In this document: positions 54,385 to 63,739 of the stretch, in pieces | Layout: each line of letters starts with the position of its first letter | Position numbering within the stretch: the first letter of the stretch is position 1 | From: Patescibacteria group bacterium | GTDB taxonomy: Bacteria > Patescibacteriota > Patescibacteriia > UBA2591 > UBA6264 | Direction of reading: 5' to 3' | Length of the DNA: 64,000 nt | NCBI GenBank assembly: GCA_028713575.1 | Contig: JAQTOB010000002.1 | Location: 1,371-65,370 of the forward strand | Position numbers and translations under genes: made by a program | Notes under the pieces: model-generated | What the model was told of the DNA's origin: nothing | Database searches by the model: none | The model's input: only the letters and a program-made list of their open reading frames with translations

Positions 54385-54597
54385 ACTTAAGAAAGGGGTC
54401 TGTCCCCAAAAAATGCCTTTCTAAAATCCTTATCAGTGTTGGATTTTAAGACGATTTTTAAAAAATAGTCGAATATCGACTACTTTAGAAAAATTAAATT
54501 CACCAAAATGGGACCGCCTTTGGAAAATGGCATACAGGGGCCGGACATAGATTTTTTAAAAGTCAGACCCCTTAAAGGGAAGATTGAGGAGGTTTAA
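54385..54597. repeat. ~210-bp conserved structured repeat element, copy A
   Basis: It is ~96% identical to 56325-56528. The 10-bp terminal inverted repeat (possible P1 stem) is aaggggtctg (54393-54402) / cagacccctt (54564-54573). Internal hairpin aaatcc…ggattt. A 17-bp palindrome tagtcgaatatcgacta lies at 54466-54482. It ends with an RBS-like gaggagg just before the downstream ORF. Confidence 0.85.
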
Positions 54598-54774
54598 CAT
54601 CTGATGTGATGGTGAGTACCTACGAGGTGAGACCTCGTAGGGGTGATGAAAAATTCCCGTTTTTGTTTTTTGGCCCAATTTCGCCTCTATCTTTTACAGG
54701 GTCGCCACTTTTTATTGAGGTATATAAAAATACGAAATTATTTAAATAATTTGCGGATTAAAAAATTTAATTTT

Positions 54775-55107
54775 ATGAAAACAATCAAATGGTTTGCTCG
54801 AATAATCGCATTATGTATTCTGGTGTTCGCTTTGCCGTTTTATTTTGGCTACGGTAATCCATTGCCGTTTGCTAATCCGAATTATTCTTTGTGGGAGAAT
54901 GTTGCACTATCTATGATGCCACTGGTTTTTATCGGTTTAGCCTTGGGCTGGAAGTATCCAAAAATCGCAGGCTGGCTTATTATTAGTGCAATTGCAATTG
55001 GTTTTATCGTTGGACTTTTAACAGAAGCAAACCTCAGTATCAATCTGGCAGTTCCTATCATTCCAGGAATTTTGTATTTAATAGATGGGTATAAAAAAAA
55101 TGAATAA
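54775..55107 (+). CDS. hypothetical small membrane protein (110 aa)
   Basis: ATG 54775 gives MKTIKWFARIIALCILVFALPFYFG… with 3-4 TM helices. The upstream in-frame extension from 54643 overlaps the repeat element and looks non-coding. Confidence 0.4.
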   Translation: MKTIKWFARIIALCILVFALPFYFGYGNPLPFANPNYSLWENVALSMMPLVFIGLALGWKYPKIAGWLIISAIAIGFIVGLLTEANLSINLAVPIIPGILYLIDGYKKNE

Positions 55108-55276
55108 ATATATTAAGATAATACTTTCTATTCTGGCGGTATTATTCGGGTTATTTTTAATTGTATTTGGCGGATACGATGACAGTCCTGGAGCACAAGG
55201 ACTTGGACTTATATTAGTTATTACTACAGTCATTATCGTAATTAGAAGCAGAAAGAAAAACAACAATCCACTATGA
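55085..55276 (+). CDS. hypothetical small membrane protein (63 aa)
   Basis: Two TM helices and a basic C-terminal tail. Confidence 0.3.
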   Translation: MGIKKMNKYIKIILSILAVLFGLFLIVFGGYDDSPGAQGLGLILVITTVIIVIRSRKKNNNPL

Positions 55277-56289
55277 TTTTTGAGCATTCATCAAAAAACA
55301 AAAAGGTATTATTGTTTATTTTTATAACTATTTTAATGATAGGTGTTTTTTTGTCTTTATATTCGTCAGTCATCTTTCAAGAAGGCAATCCTTGGCCACA
55401 AATCAAAGGAATGGTTCAATTAAAATTTGGCGATAGTGATATTGTGAAGTTGTCGGGTTCAGATAATAAATTTATGACCGAAAGTAAAAACGGGACCATG
55501 ATACATAATTTCATGAAAACCAAAGGATACGAATTTACCGAGCAAATGGGTTCAGGTTACTTCTTCAAATCTTCTACAGGACAAAGCGCCATTGCCACTC
55601 ATAAATATTACACTCGTTATTATTCGCTTTGGACTATTACCGAAAATAACAATTTCCAAACTGACAACGATCTGTGGGCGATGACTACCGATAACAACGG
55701 AGCAACCTTTCAATATCCAAAAGAGTTATTGGCCAAATATATTAGTATTGTAGAGTGGCCGCCGACAGTTAAGGTGGAATTTGGCAGTTTCTCTTGCGTT
55801 GAGACGCCACAAGAAAAAAGCAGTATGCTTGAAATAACCAGTCAGAGATTGGTTGATGATAGAATTTACTGCGTTAATGTTAAAAATGAGGGAGCGGCGG
55901 GAAGTGTTTATTCTTCCTATGTTTATACGACTCCCAGGAGAGGAAAACTGGTTTCGGTTAGCTTTGTCTTGCGCTATACGAATTGTGCCAATTATGACGA
56001 GGAGCAGAGTCAGGCCTGTACAAGCGAGCGCGAGGCTTTTGATTTTGATGCGACAGTGGATCGCATAGTCCAGACTGTTAAATGGGATTCAGCTTTAAGT
56101 GAAGACACCTTATTTAATCAAATAGCTAAATGTTTGGTATCAAGTCGGTCGGAAGATCAGGAAAAATGCGATGAATTTTTGAAACAGATTAGCGATTTTG
56201 ATTCCTGCGTAATGGCTGGTTTCTCCATAATGAAATCAAACCCTCTCCAGTGCGCCACGCCAGACGGCCGAATCTTTATTCAAAAGTGA
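55273..56289 (+). CDS. hypothetical secreted or membrane-anchored Cys-rich protein (338 aa)
   Basis: N-terminal signal/anchor. The C-terminal 30 aa CVMAGFSIMKSNPLQCATPDGRIFIQK are homologous to CVNAGYPIMESYPRQCITSDGQIYVEE in the protein at 8425-9045. Confidence 0.45.
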   Translation: MIFEHSSKNKKVLLFIFITILMIGVFLSLYSSVIFQEGNPWPQIKGMVQLKFGDSDIVKLSGSDNKFMTESKNGTMIHNFMKTKGYEFTEQMGSGYFFKSSTGQSAIATHKYYTRYYSLWTITENNNFQTDNDLWAMTTDNNGATFQYPKELLAKYISIVEWPPTVKVEFGSFSCVETPQEKSSMLEITSQRLVDDRIYCVNVKNEGAAGSVYSSYVYTTPRRGKLVSVSFVLRYTNCANYDEEQSQACTSEREAFDFDATVDRIVQTVKWDSALSEDTLFNQIAKCLVSSRSEDQEKCDEFLKQISDFDSCVMAGFSIMKSNPLQCATPDGRIFIQK

Positions 56290-56324
56290 AATAAGTAATT
56301 TTTCGGTATAATAGACTCAAGAAA

Positions 56325-56528
56325 GGGGTCTGTCCCCAAAAAATGCCCTTCTAGAATCCTTATCAGTGTTGGATTTTAAGACGATTTTTAAAAAATAGTC
56401 GAATATTGACTACTTTAGAAAAATTAAATTCACCAAAATGGGACCGCCTTTGGAAAATGGCATACAGGGGTCGGACATAGATTTTTTAAAAGTCAGACCC
56501 CTTAAAGGGAAAATTGGGGAGGTTTGAC
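56325..56528. repeat. ~210-bp conserved structured repeat element, copy B
   Basis: Same element as 54385-54597. A TATAAT lies at 56307-56312 just upstream. The internal palindrome carries one mismatch (tagtcgaatattgacta, 56396-56412). It ends in an RBS-like ggggagg before ORF 56546/56588. Confidence 0.85.
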
Positions 56529-56587
56529 CTCAGTAATATAGGGACGTGACAGGGTTCGGCCCAGCAAATTATTGTAAAATAATATAC

Positions 56588-57034
56588 ATGAACAAAATAA
56601 CGCTCCATAATCAATGGGTTGTCAAAGCTCCCATAAATGATGTATTCAGAATAATGACCGACTTTGAAAAATTTCCGAAGAATTTTCCAAAGGTTGCTGA
56701 ATCAATACAGATTAATAAACGGGAAGGAAATTATTTGGGAATGGACGCAACCGTAAAATCATTCGGCAAAAGGTTTCAAGTAAAGATGAAAACTCAAATC
56801 CTCCCAGGGAAGGGCTTTATCTCAGATAATGACAGTTATCAGTTTGGGACTTCCGGACATGAAGAGCTGCTGCTTTCCGAACACGTTGAAGGAACTTTAA
56901 TTGACTATACCTATCAGGTCACCATTCATAAAAAATGGCTGAGTATAATCGCTGTACCTCTGCTGCGCTGGTATTCAATGAAATACTGGGAAAAGGCGGT
57001 TATTGATCAGCTTAAAAAGACCCTTGAGAAATAA
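56588..57034 (+). CDS. SRPBCC-superfamily (polyketide cyclase/START-like) protein
   Basis: MNKITLHNQWVVKAPINDVFRIMTDFEKFPK… is typical of the Bet v1/SRPBCC fold. Start chosen at ATG 56588, as the ORF track's 56546 start lies inside the repeat. Confidence 0.55.
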   Translation: MNKITLHNQWVVKAPINDVFRIMTDFEKFPKNFPKVAESIQINKREGNYLGMDATVKSFGKRFQVKMKTQILPGKGFISDNDSYQFGTSGHEELLLSEHVEGTLIDYTYQVTIHKKWLSIIAVPLLRWYSMKYWEKAVIDQLKKTLEK

Positions 57035-57077
57035 TTGAAAGTAGGAGTATGCAGGGGTTCAATTCCTACATTTTTTC

Positions 57078-57106
57078 TTGACAAATTTTTATTTTTATCG
57101 TATAAT
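57078..57106 (+). promoter_or_regulatory. consensus sigma70-type promoter
   Basis: TTGACA (57078-57083), 17-nt spacer, TATAAT (57101-57106). Confidence 0.5.
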
Positions 57107-57195
57107 ATAATTGTTAGATTAAAAGATTCCTAAAAGGGGAGTTTTTTAATTCAAGGTCGATCTTTAACAAGTTAAAGCAAAAAAGAGGCACGCCT

Positions 57196-57465
57196 ATGGC
57201 TTTATTTTTTATTGGCATTTTGGAGATGATTATTGTCACCACCTGGACTAAAGTCGTAACCCGGACGAAGATTATCGCAAGCGGAATAGTTACCTTAATC
57301 AACATTTTGATTTGGTATTATGTTTTAGAGACAATTGTTAACGATATTAACAATTGGCGTTTAGTTCTCTTGTATGCTTTTGGTTGTGCTCTGGGTACGA
57401 TGTTGACGACTTTTTATTTCGCCAACAGAGAAAAAACAGGGCAAGCGGAAAAGAAGCTAGAATAA
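57196..57465 (+). CDS. hypothetical small membrane protein (89 aa)
   Basis: Three TM helices, with a terminator downstream. Confidence 0.35.
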   Translation: MALFFIGILEMIIVTTWTKVVTRTKIIASGIVTLINILIWYYVLETIVNDINNWRLVLLYAFGCALGTMLTTFYFANREKTGQAEKKLE

Positions 57466-57536
57466 CATTATTTTAGTCTTTGTGCTTATGACACCAGAAG
57501 ATTCATTGCCGAATAGTCGCAAGACAATCGGTAACT

Positions 57537-57575
57537 AAAAATCGCTTTTATTATATGTAAAGCGATTTTAGTTTT
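57537..57575 (+). terminator. intrinsic terminator
   Basis: Stem aaaatcgcttt / aaagcgatttt with a 10-nt loop, followed by a U-rich run. Confidence 0.55.
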
Positions 57576-57612
57576 AAATAAAATGTGTTATAATGTTAAA
57601 AATTTTAATAAT

Positions 57613-58434
57613 ATGTCAAAAAAAATTGTTGATTTCGTAAAAATCGCCTGGTATGGTAAACATTTTGGCGAAGAACCTCCTTTGGTTGGAAAAAGGGGAG
57701 CAGGCGCCATATTTTTTACTGGTTGCAATTTAAGATGCATTTATTGCCAAAATTTTCAAATTTCTCAACAAGGTTTAGGCAAAAGGTATAATCTTAAAGA
57801 ATTTATTGACATAATGCTAAAATTACAAAAGGAAAGGGCCCTGAATATAGACTTAGTTACGCCGACCATCTGGCGTAAACAAATAAAACAAGCGGTTATT
57901 TTAGCCAAAAAAAAGGGATTGAAGATTCCGATTGTTTGGAATTCAAACGCTTATGAAGAAGTTGATGATTTAAAAGAAATGGAGGGATTGGTGGATATTT
58001 ATTTGCCGGACTTTAAATATAGCGATGATAATTTGGCTTTTAAATATTCCGGAGCAAAGAATTATGTTACTAAAGCAACGGCGTCAATCAAAGAAATGCA
58101 GCGCCAAGTTGGCAACTTAAAAACATTTAAGGGCATAGCGGAAAAAGGGATAATCGTTAGGCATTTAATTTTGCCAAATCAGGCAAAGAATAGTTTGAAT
58201 GTTTTAAAAATCATCAAAAAAATTGATAAAGATATTATGGTGAGCTTGATGACGCAATACGAACCGGTTCACAAGGCGAAGGATTTTTCAGAAATAAACA
58301 GAACAATAAATAAAAAAGAATTCAATGAAGTTTTAAATTACTTTTTATTTTTGAATTTTAAGAACGCCTGGATTCAAGAGCGGGGAAGCCACCATATTTT
58401 TTTGCCTGATTTTAATAAAAAAAATCCTTTTTAA
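57613..58434 (+). CDS. radical SAM protein, PflX-like (COG1313; pyruvate formate-lyase-activating-enzyme homologue)
   Basis: …YGKHFGEEPPLVGKRGAGAIFFTGCNLRCIYCQNFQIS carries the CxxxCxxC cluster. The ORF track opens at 57583, and ATG 57613 is preferred because an extended -10 TGtTATAAT sits at 57586-57594. Confidence 0.65.
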   Translation: MSKKIVDFVKIAWYGKHFGEEPPLVGKRGAGAIFFTGCNLRCIYCQNFQISQQGLGKRYNLKEFIDIMLKLQKERALNIDLVTPTIWRKQIKQAVILAKKKGLKIPIVWNSNAYEEVDDLKEMEGLVDIYLPDFKYSDDNLAFKYSGAKNYVTKATASIKEMQRQVGNLKTFKGIAEKGIIVRHLILPNQAKNSLNVLKIIKKIDKDIMVSLMTQYEPVHKAKDFSEINRTINKKEFNEVLNYFLFLNFKNAWIQERGSHHIFLPDFNKKNPF

Positions 58435-58478
58435 AAAACAAATTTTATGTTATAATAATTTTTTATGATTAAAAATAT

Positions 58479-59213
58479 ATGAATACTTTAATTTGGATAA
58501 TTATTTCCGCTTTTATTATTAGCTTAACAGCTTGGGTCGGTTTAATTACTTTAATTTTAAAAGAAGAAAAATTAAAAAAAATTCTTTTACCCTTAGTGGC
58601 TTTTTCCGCCGGCTCTTTAATCGGTGGCGCTTTTTTACACTTGATTCCTGAAGCCCTGGAAAGAGAAGGTTCTGAAAATGTCTTTTTTTGGCTTTTAATC
58701 GGATTTTTAATTTTCTTTTTAATGGAACAATTTTTGCATTGGCATCATTGCCACCGAGTTCCTTCTGAACATAAAAAGCCGGTAACTTATTTAATTCTTA
58801 TTTCTGACGGCATTCATAATTTTATTGACGGCATGATTATTGCCGGCTCTTTTTTAATTAATGTAAAGATGGGGATTATTACTTGGTTGATTTGCTTAGG
58901 TCATGAAATTCCCCAGGAAATAGGGGAATTTGGTATTTTACTCCATGGCGGATGGAAAAAATATAAAGCCCTGTTATTCAATTTTGTTTCCGCCTTAATG
59001 ATTATTCCCGGCGGGCTTTTCGTTTATTTTATTTCTCAAGAAATCAATACGACTTTCTTGCTTTCTTTCGCTGCTGGCAATTTTATTTACATTGCAGCTT
59101 CTGATTTAATCCCAGAAATAAAAACAGGAGAAAATTTAAAAAAAAGTTTAAAACACTTTTTCTTTTTCATCCTTGGTATTTTATTTATTTTTTTAATTGG
59201 CATGATTGAATAG
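58479..59213 (+). CDS. ZIP-family divalent metal (zinc) transporter
   Basis: HEIPQEIGEFGILL ZIP signature and an 8-TM layout. Confidence 0.8.
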   Translation: MNTLIWIIISAFIISLTAWVGLITLILKEEKLKKILLPLVAFSAGSLIGGAFLHLIPEALEREGSENVFFWLLIGFLIFFLMEQFLHWHHCHRVPSEHKKPVTYLILISDGIHNFIDGMIIAGSFLINVKMGIITWLICLGHEIPQEIGEFGILLHGGWKKYKALLFNFVSALMIIPGGLFVYFISQEINTTFLLSFAAGNFIYIAASDLIPEIKTGENLKKSLKHFFFFILGILFIFLIGMIE

Positions 59214-59264
59214 AGGCCAATTTTCCTTTATTAAAAGTTATTTAATTAATAATAATTTAATATT

Positions 59265-60107
59265 ATGAATAATGAATTTGAAAACAAAATTTTTGAAGAC
59301 TTAACCCAAGAACAAATGTTTTCTAAAGCGAAAAAAGTTATTCAAAGAGAAGAAATAAAACCCCGTGATTTTAAGGACCTTTATGGCGAAGATAATGTAC
59401 AAATTGACGAACAATACGTGGAAAGAATGGAAAGAATATTTAAACAAGAAGAAAAACCGGAACAAAAAAAAATAAATCAGTTGGCGACTATTTTTGAAGC
59501 AGTTATTTACGAACATGGTGAATTAAGCGATTGGTTCGGACCAGACGCTTATATGATTAAATCTTCCCGTTATGATGACATAAAAAACGGCGTAGACAGT
59601 GTAATAGAGTTTAGAGAAGATGAGCGCGCAGCCTCCCATTTGGCTTTGGCCGTTGATGTCACTTTTAGTTCGGATACACAAAATAAATTTAAAAGAATAA
59701 AAAAAGAAATTGATAACGGCCAATTGGCTAAAGTTAAATATTTTTGCTCAGAACATTTGAGTATTAGAGGAGAGTTAAGCCATTTGCCTCGTGTAATAAT
59801 CGGCGCCGGGGCTAAAACCGTCAATGAATTAGGAGAATTGTGGATAGAAGAAAAAAACAAAAAATTAGGCAATCATCATATTCAATTTCAGATTTTAGAA
59901 GAGATATTAATGCAAATGAAAGCTTTTGCCAAATATGCCAAAACAAAGAAACAAAACGAAATCGCGGATACTTATGAAAAAACAGCTAAAATGATTGAAA
60001 AGATATATCAAAATAAAAAAGAGAATTTAAAAGACGATGGAGAAAGGGATGAGATTTTTTATCATCTTAAGGATTTGGTAAATTTCTTTGACCTTTTTTC
60101 TGATTAA
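59265..60107 (+). CDS. hypothetical soluble protein (280 aa)
   Basis: No TM and no recognisable motifs. It lies immediately upstream of the ECF sigma factor gene. Confidence 0.4.
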   Translation: MNNEFENKIFEDLTQEQMFSKAKKVIQREEIKPRDFKDLYGEDNVQIDEQYVERMERIFKQEEKPEQKKINQLATIFEAVIYEHGELSDWFGPDAYMIKSSRYDDIKNGVDSVIEFREDERAASHLALAVDVTFSSDTQNKFKRIKKEIDNGQLAKVKYFCSEHLSIRGELSHLPRVIIGAGAKTVNELGELWIEEKNKKLGNHHIQFQILEEILMQMKAFAKYAKTKKQNEIADTYEKTAKMIEKIYQNKKENLKDDGERDEIFYHLKDLVNFFDLFSD

Positions 60108-60110
60108 TAT

Positions 60111-60698
60111 ATGGATTTTTCCGACCAGCAATTAATAGTTGATTATCTAAAGGGTGATGAAGAATCTTTTAAGATTTTGATTAAACGATATCTTAAACCG
60201 ATTTATAATTTTGTTTATCAATACGTTAATGACCCACAGGAAGCGCAAGACATTACTCAGGAAGTGTTTGTCAGGGTCTGGCGTTATTTGAAAAAATTTA
60301 ATCAAAAAAAAAATTTTAAAACCTGGCTTTTTCAAATTGCTAAAAATGTTTCTATAGATTTTTATCGAAAGGCTCGCTTTCATGGAGGAGAAAGAAAAAA
60401 TATTTCCTTTAGTGATTTTGAAAACGAAAAAGGGGAAAATATTTTAACAGAAACCATTCCTGACCCCGGACCTTTGCCCGATGAAATTTTAGAAAGAAGC
60501 GATATAGGTCAGCAACTGGCGAAAGCGACAAAAAAACTGTCGTTAAATTATAAAAACGTCATTTGTCTTTATTATTATCATCATTTTACTTTTCAAGAAA
60601 TTGCCGAAATTTTATCTGCGCCGTTGAATACAGTGAAGAGCCAGCATCGCCGAGCCCTATCCATCCTCAAAAAGATTTTAGAAAAAGATTTTAATTAA
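60111..60698 (+). CDS. ECF-type RNA polymerase sigma-70 factor
   Basis: Region 2 (YLKPIYNFVYQYVNDPQEAQDITQEVFVRVW) and region 4 HTH (FQEIAEILSAPLNTVKSQHRRAL). Confidence 0.8.
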   Translation: MDFSDQQLIVDYLKGDEESFKILIKRYLKPIYNFVYQYVNDPQEAQDITQEVFVRVWRYLKKFNQKKNFKTWLFQIAKNVSIDFYRKARFHGGERKNISFSDFENEKGENILTETIPDPGPLPDEILERSDIGQQLAKATKKLSLNYKNVICLYYYHHFTFQEIAEILSAPLNTVKSQHRRALSILKKILEKDFN

Positions 60699-60774
60699 TG
60701 TTATATTATTTAAAAAGGATGCACCAAAATGCTTCTTTTTATCGTATAAATAATAAGAGATAATTTTAAAATTT

Positions 60775-61209
60775 ATGTTAAATAATTACGAAAAATTATT
60801 TGGTCATTTAAACTCTCAAGAGCCTCCGGTTAACATTTTTGACCGGATTATTTTGTTGATTCAACAAGAAAAAGAAAGAAAGCGCACGAAAAAGATATTA
60901 TTTATTTTTTCAATTCTTTTCGTAATTTCTTTAATCATTACTCCTTTATCATTCAATATCTTCATTAATCAGATTAAGGATTCGGGAATTACATATTTTT
61001 TTTCCACTGCCTTTAACGACTTGGATGTCTTTATTGCTTTGTGGCAAGATTTTTCTTTAGCCATTTTAGAATCCCTGCCACTGATGGGTTTGTTGACTTT
61101 TGTTTTTAGCTTGGCCGTTTTTCTTTTTACCTTTAGGTTATTTTTCCGCAGAAAAAAACTTTTAATTGATTATTTATTTTCTCATCAACATTTACATAAC
61201 ATTATTTAA
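60775..61209 (+). CDS. putative anti-sigma factor (single-pass membrane protein)
   Basis: Short cytoplasmic N-terminus, a TM helix, and a position directly after the ECF sigma gene. Confidence 0.4.
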   Translation: MLNNYEKLFGHLNSQEPPVNIFDRIILLIQQEKERKRTKKILFIFSILFVISLIITPLSFNIFINQIKDSGITYFFSTAFNDLDVFIALWQDFSLAILESLPLMGLLTFVFSLAVFLFTFRLFFRRKKLLIDYLFSHQHLHNII

Positions 61210-61228
61210 TTAAATTAACAACAATAAT

Positions 61229-61765
61229 ATGAACGAAGAAAAACAAAATGAAGAAAAACAAAATGAAAAAAAGGGAAACGACATTTTTAAATGGATAATT
61301 GTTGGTCTAGTTGTTTTTCTGGCGATAATTATGATTTTTGTCCTCGGGATGTTTGTCGGCGCCAACAGAGCAAAATTTTCCTATAAATGGGCGGAAAATT
61401 ATCATAAAAATTTTAGTGGACCGCGACAAGGATTTTTTAATGATTGGCGTCGTCCTCCTATTTTTCCCGATAATTTTATAGAAGGTCACGGTATTTTCGG
61501 TGAAATTATCAAGATTAACGACAATGGCTTTGTTATTAAGGACCGAGGTGACATTGAAAAGGTGGTTTTAACTGACGAGAAGACAATTATTAAAGACAAG
61601 ATGAAAAATGTAGGAAAGGACGAATTAAAAGTGGGTGTCAGGGCGGTCGTCATTGGTTCCCCGGATGAACAAGGACAGATTCAAGCAAAATTAATCCGGG
61701 TTTTTAATGAGGAAATGACGGAAAAAATGTCCCGAAAACAGTTTTCTTTGTTTAAACAAGAATAA
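61229..61765 (+). CDS. hypothetical membrane-anchored protein with N-terminal NEEKQ tandem repeat
   Basis: MNEEKQNEEKQNEKKG is encoded by 15-bp tandem DNA repeats and is followed by one TM helix. Confidence 0.4.
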   Translation: MNEEKQNEEKQNEKKGNDIFKWIIVGLVVFLAIIMIFVLGMFVGANRAKFSYKWAENYHKNFSGPRQGFFNDWRRPPIFPDNFIEGHGIFGEIIKINDNGFVIKDRGDIEKVVLTDEKTIIKDKMKNVGKDELKVGVRAVVIGSPDEQGQIQAKLIRVFNEEMTEKMSRKQFSLFKQE

Positions 61766-61767
61766 TT

Positions 61768-63735
61768 TTGGTTATAAAAATTATGATTAAAAAAATATTA
61801 AAGGCGATATTTAAACATAAATTTATCACCCTAATAATTTTTTTTCTTATCGTTGGTGGAATTTATGTTTATTATAAAAAAAACGCCAAAAAAGAAACGG
61901 CTTTACAATATACTATTTCTTCAATAAAAAAAGGTTCTTTGATTATTTCCGTTTCTGGCAGTGGCCAGGTTTCCGCTTCTAATCAGGTAGAAATAAAACC
62001 AAGGGTTTCCGGAGATTTGGTTAGTTTAAGGGTGGAAAATGGGCAAGAAGTCAAAGCCGGCGAATTATTAATGCAAATAGATACGACCAGCGCTCAAAAA
62101 GAGGTAAGGGACGCGGAAACCGACCTGGAAACCGCCAAACTTGACCTGGAAGAATTGCTAAAACCGACCGATGAATATACTTTAATGCAGGCGGAAAATT
62201 CCTTGATTGACGCGAAAGACAGTTTGACAAAATTAAAATTCACCCAACAAGCGGAATATGACGACCTTTTAAACACTATAAAGAAAGCTGAGGACGATCT
62301 GGAAAAAAGCTACGAAGATGCCTTTAATTCCATCGCCAACACCTTTCTTGATTTGCCGACCATCATTACCGGAGTGAGAGATATTTTATACAGTGAAGAA
62401 ATAGTTGACGCCGAAACATATTTATCCCAAACCTGGAACAAAGCGGCCTTATTGAATTCTATGGATACTCGGGATTATGATAAATATCAAAAAATGGAAG
62501 ACTTTATTGAACCGGCGGAAACGGCCTATGCTTCTGCCAGAGAAAAATACGACGAAAATTTTGAAAATTATAAAAACACCAGTCGTTATTCAGAGAAGGA
62601 GGACATAGAAAATTTGTTAATAGAAATTATTAACACTGTTAAATTAATTTCAGAAACAATAAAAAGAGAAGCCAATATGTTGGATTATTGGGTTGATTAT
62701 CGCTCACAAAAAAATTTAAAGATTTATAGCATAGTGAGTGATTATCAATCTGATTTAAATTCTTATACTTCAAAAACGAATAGCCATTTATCAGGCCTTT
62801 TGTCTAATCAAAGAAGTATTGAAGATTGCAAAAAAACTAAGAGCGAAGCAGAAAGAGATTTGCTGGAAATGGAGCAAAATAATCCCTTAAATTTGGCAGC
62901 AACGGAAAGAAACGTTAAAGAAAAGGAAGAAGCTCTGTCCAAGTTAAAAGAAGAACCTGATGAACTTGAGGTGAGGGCAAAGAAAATCACCATTCAGCAA
63001 AAAGAAGATTTATTAGCCGATGCCCGGGAATCTCTATTTAATCATTACATTCGCGCTCCTTTTGACGGCATAGTGACAGATATAAATGTAAAAAGAGGGG
63101 AATCGGTTTCTTCTTCCACAGCTCTTTTTACTTTGATTACCAAGGAAAAATTGGCGGAAATTACCCTTAATGAAATTGATATTGCCAAAGTGATGGTTGG
63201 TCAGCCGGCAACGATTGTTCTTGACGCTTTGGATGATTTGGCGGTAGCGGGAATTGTGGCGGAAATTGACACCATTGGAACAATTTCTTCAGGGGTTGTC
63301 ACTTATGATGTTAGAATTTCTCTTGATTCACAAGACGAGAGAATTAAGCCGGGAATGAGCCTTTCTGCAGAAATCATTACTACGCAGAAAGATGATGTAT
63401 TATTGGTATTGAGTTCGGCAATAAAGCAGGGAAGAGACGGGTTGTATGTTCAGACAGTTGAATTAATTTCTGATAAATTAGTTTCTAATAAACCGGAAAA
63501 TAGAAGTATAATTTTAAATGCTGATTTAATCCAAAATTTATCAAATCAGCCAGTTCAAATTGGCTTAAGCAATGATACAATGACGGAAATTTTAGATGGA
63601 CTTGAAGAAAATGATAATGTAATAATTCAAACTATTTCGTCATCTAATGCCAGTAATAATAATCAAATGCGAACCGGAACAGGAATTATGATTCCAGGCA
63701 TGACTGGCGGCCAAATGAGACAATTTACTCGTTAA
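61768..63735 (+). CDS. efflux transporter periplasmic adaptor (HlyD/MacA-like membrane fusion protein)
   Basis: N-terminal TM, a biotinyl/lipoyl-like hairpin (VSGSGQVSAS…KPRVSGDLV…VKAGELLMQIDT), a very long coiled coil and a beta-barrel C-terminal domain. Confidence 0.65.
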   Translation: MVIKIMIKKILKAIFKHKFITLIIFFLIVGGIYVYYKKNAKKETALQYTISSIKKGSLIISVSGSGQVSASNQVEIKPRVSGDLVSLRVENGQEVKAGELLMQIDTTSAQKEVRDAETDLETAKLDLEELLKPTDEYTLMQAENSLIDAKDSLTKLKFTQQAEYDDLLNTIKKAEDDLEKSYEDAFNSIANTFLDLPTIITGVRDILYSEEIVDAETYLSQTWNKAALLNSMDTRDYDKYQKMEDFIEPAETAYASAREKYDENFENYKNTSRYSEKEDIENLLIEIINTVKLISETIKREANMLDYWVDYRSQKNLKIYSIVSDYQSDLNSYTSKTNSHLSGLLSNQRSIEDCKKTKSEAERDLLEMEQNNPLNLAATERNVKEKEEALSKLKEEPDELEVRAKKITIQQKEDLLADARESLFNHYIRAPFDGIVTDINVKRGESVSSSTALFTLITKEKLAEITLNEIDIAKVMVGQPATIVLDALDDLAVAGIVAEIDTIGTISSGVVTYDVRISLDSQDERIKPGMSLSAEIITTQKDDVLLVLSSAIKQGRDGLYVQTVELISDKLVSNKPENRSIILNADLIQNLSNQPVQIGLSNDTMTEILDGLEENDNVIIQTISSSNASNNNQMRTGTGIMIPGMTGGQMRQFTR

Positions 63736-63739
63736 AATA

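Noticed and set aside
54643-54774. N-terminal 44-codon extension of the membrane protein ORF (track start 54643)
   Set aside because: The extension reads through the end of the repeat element and has non-protein-like composition (MMKNSRFCFLAQFRLYLLQGRHFLLRYIKIRNYLNN). An internal ATG at 54775 begins a canonical hydrophobic N-terminus.
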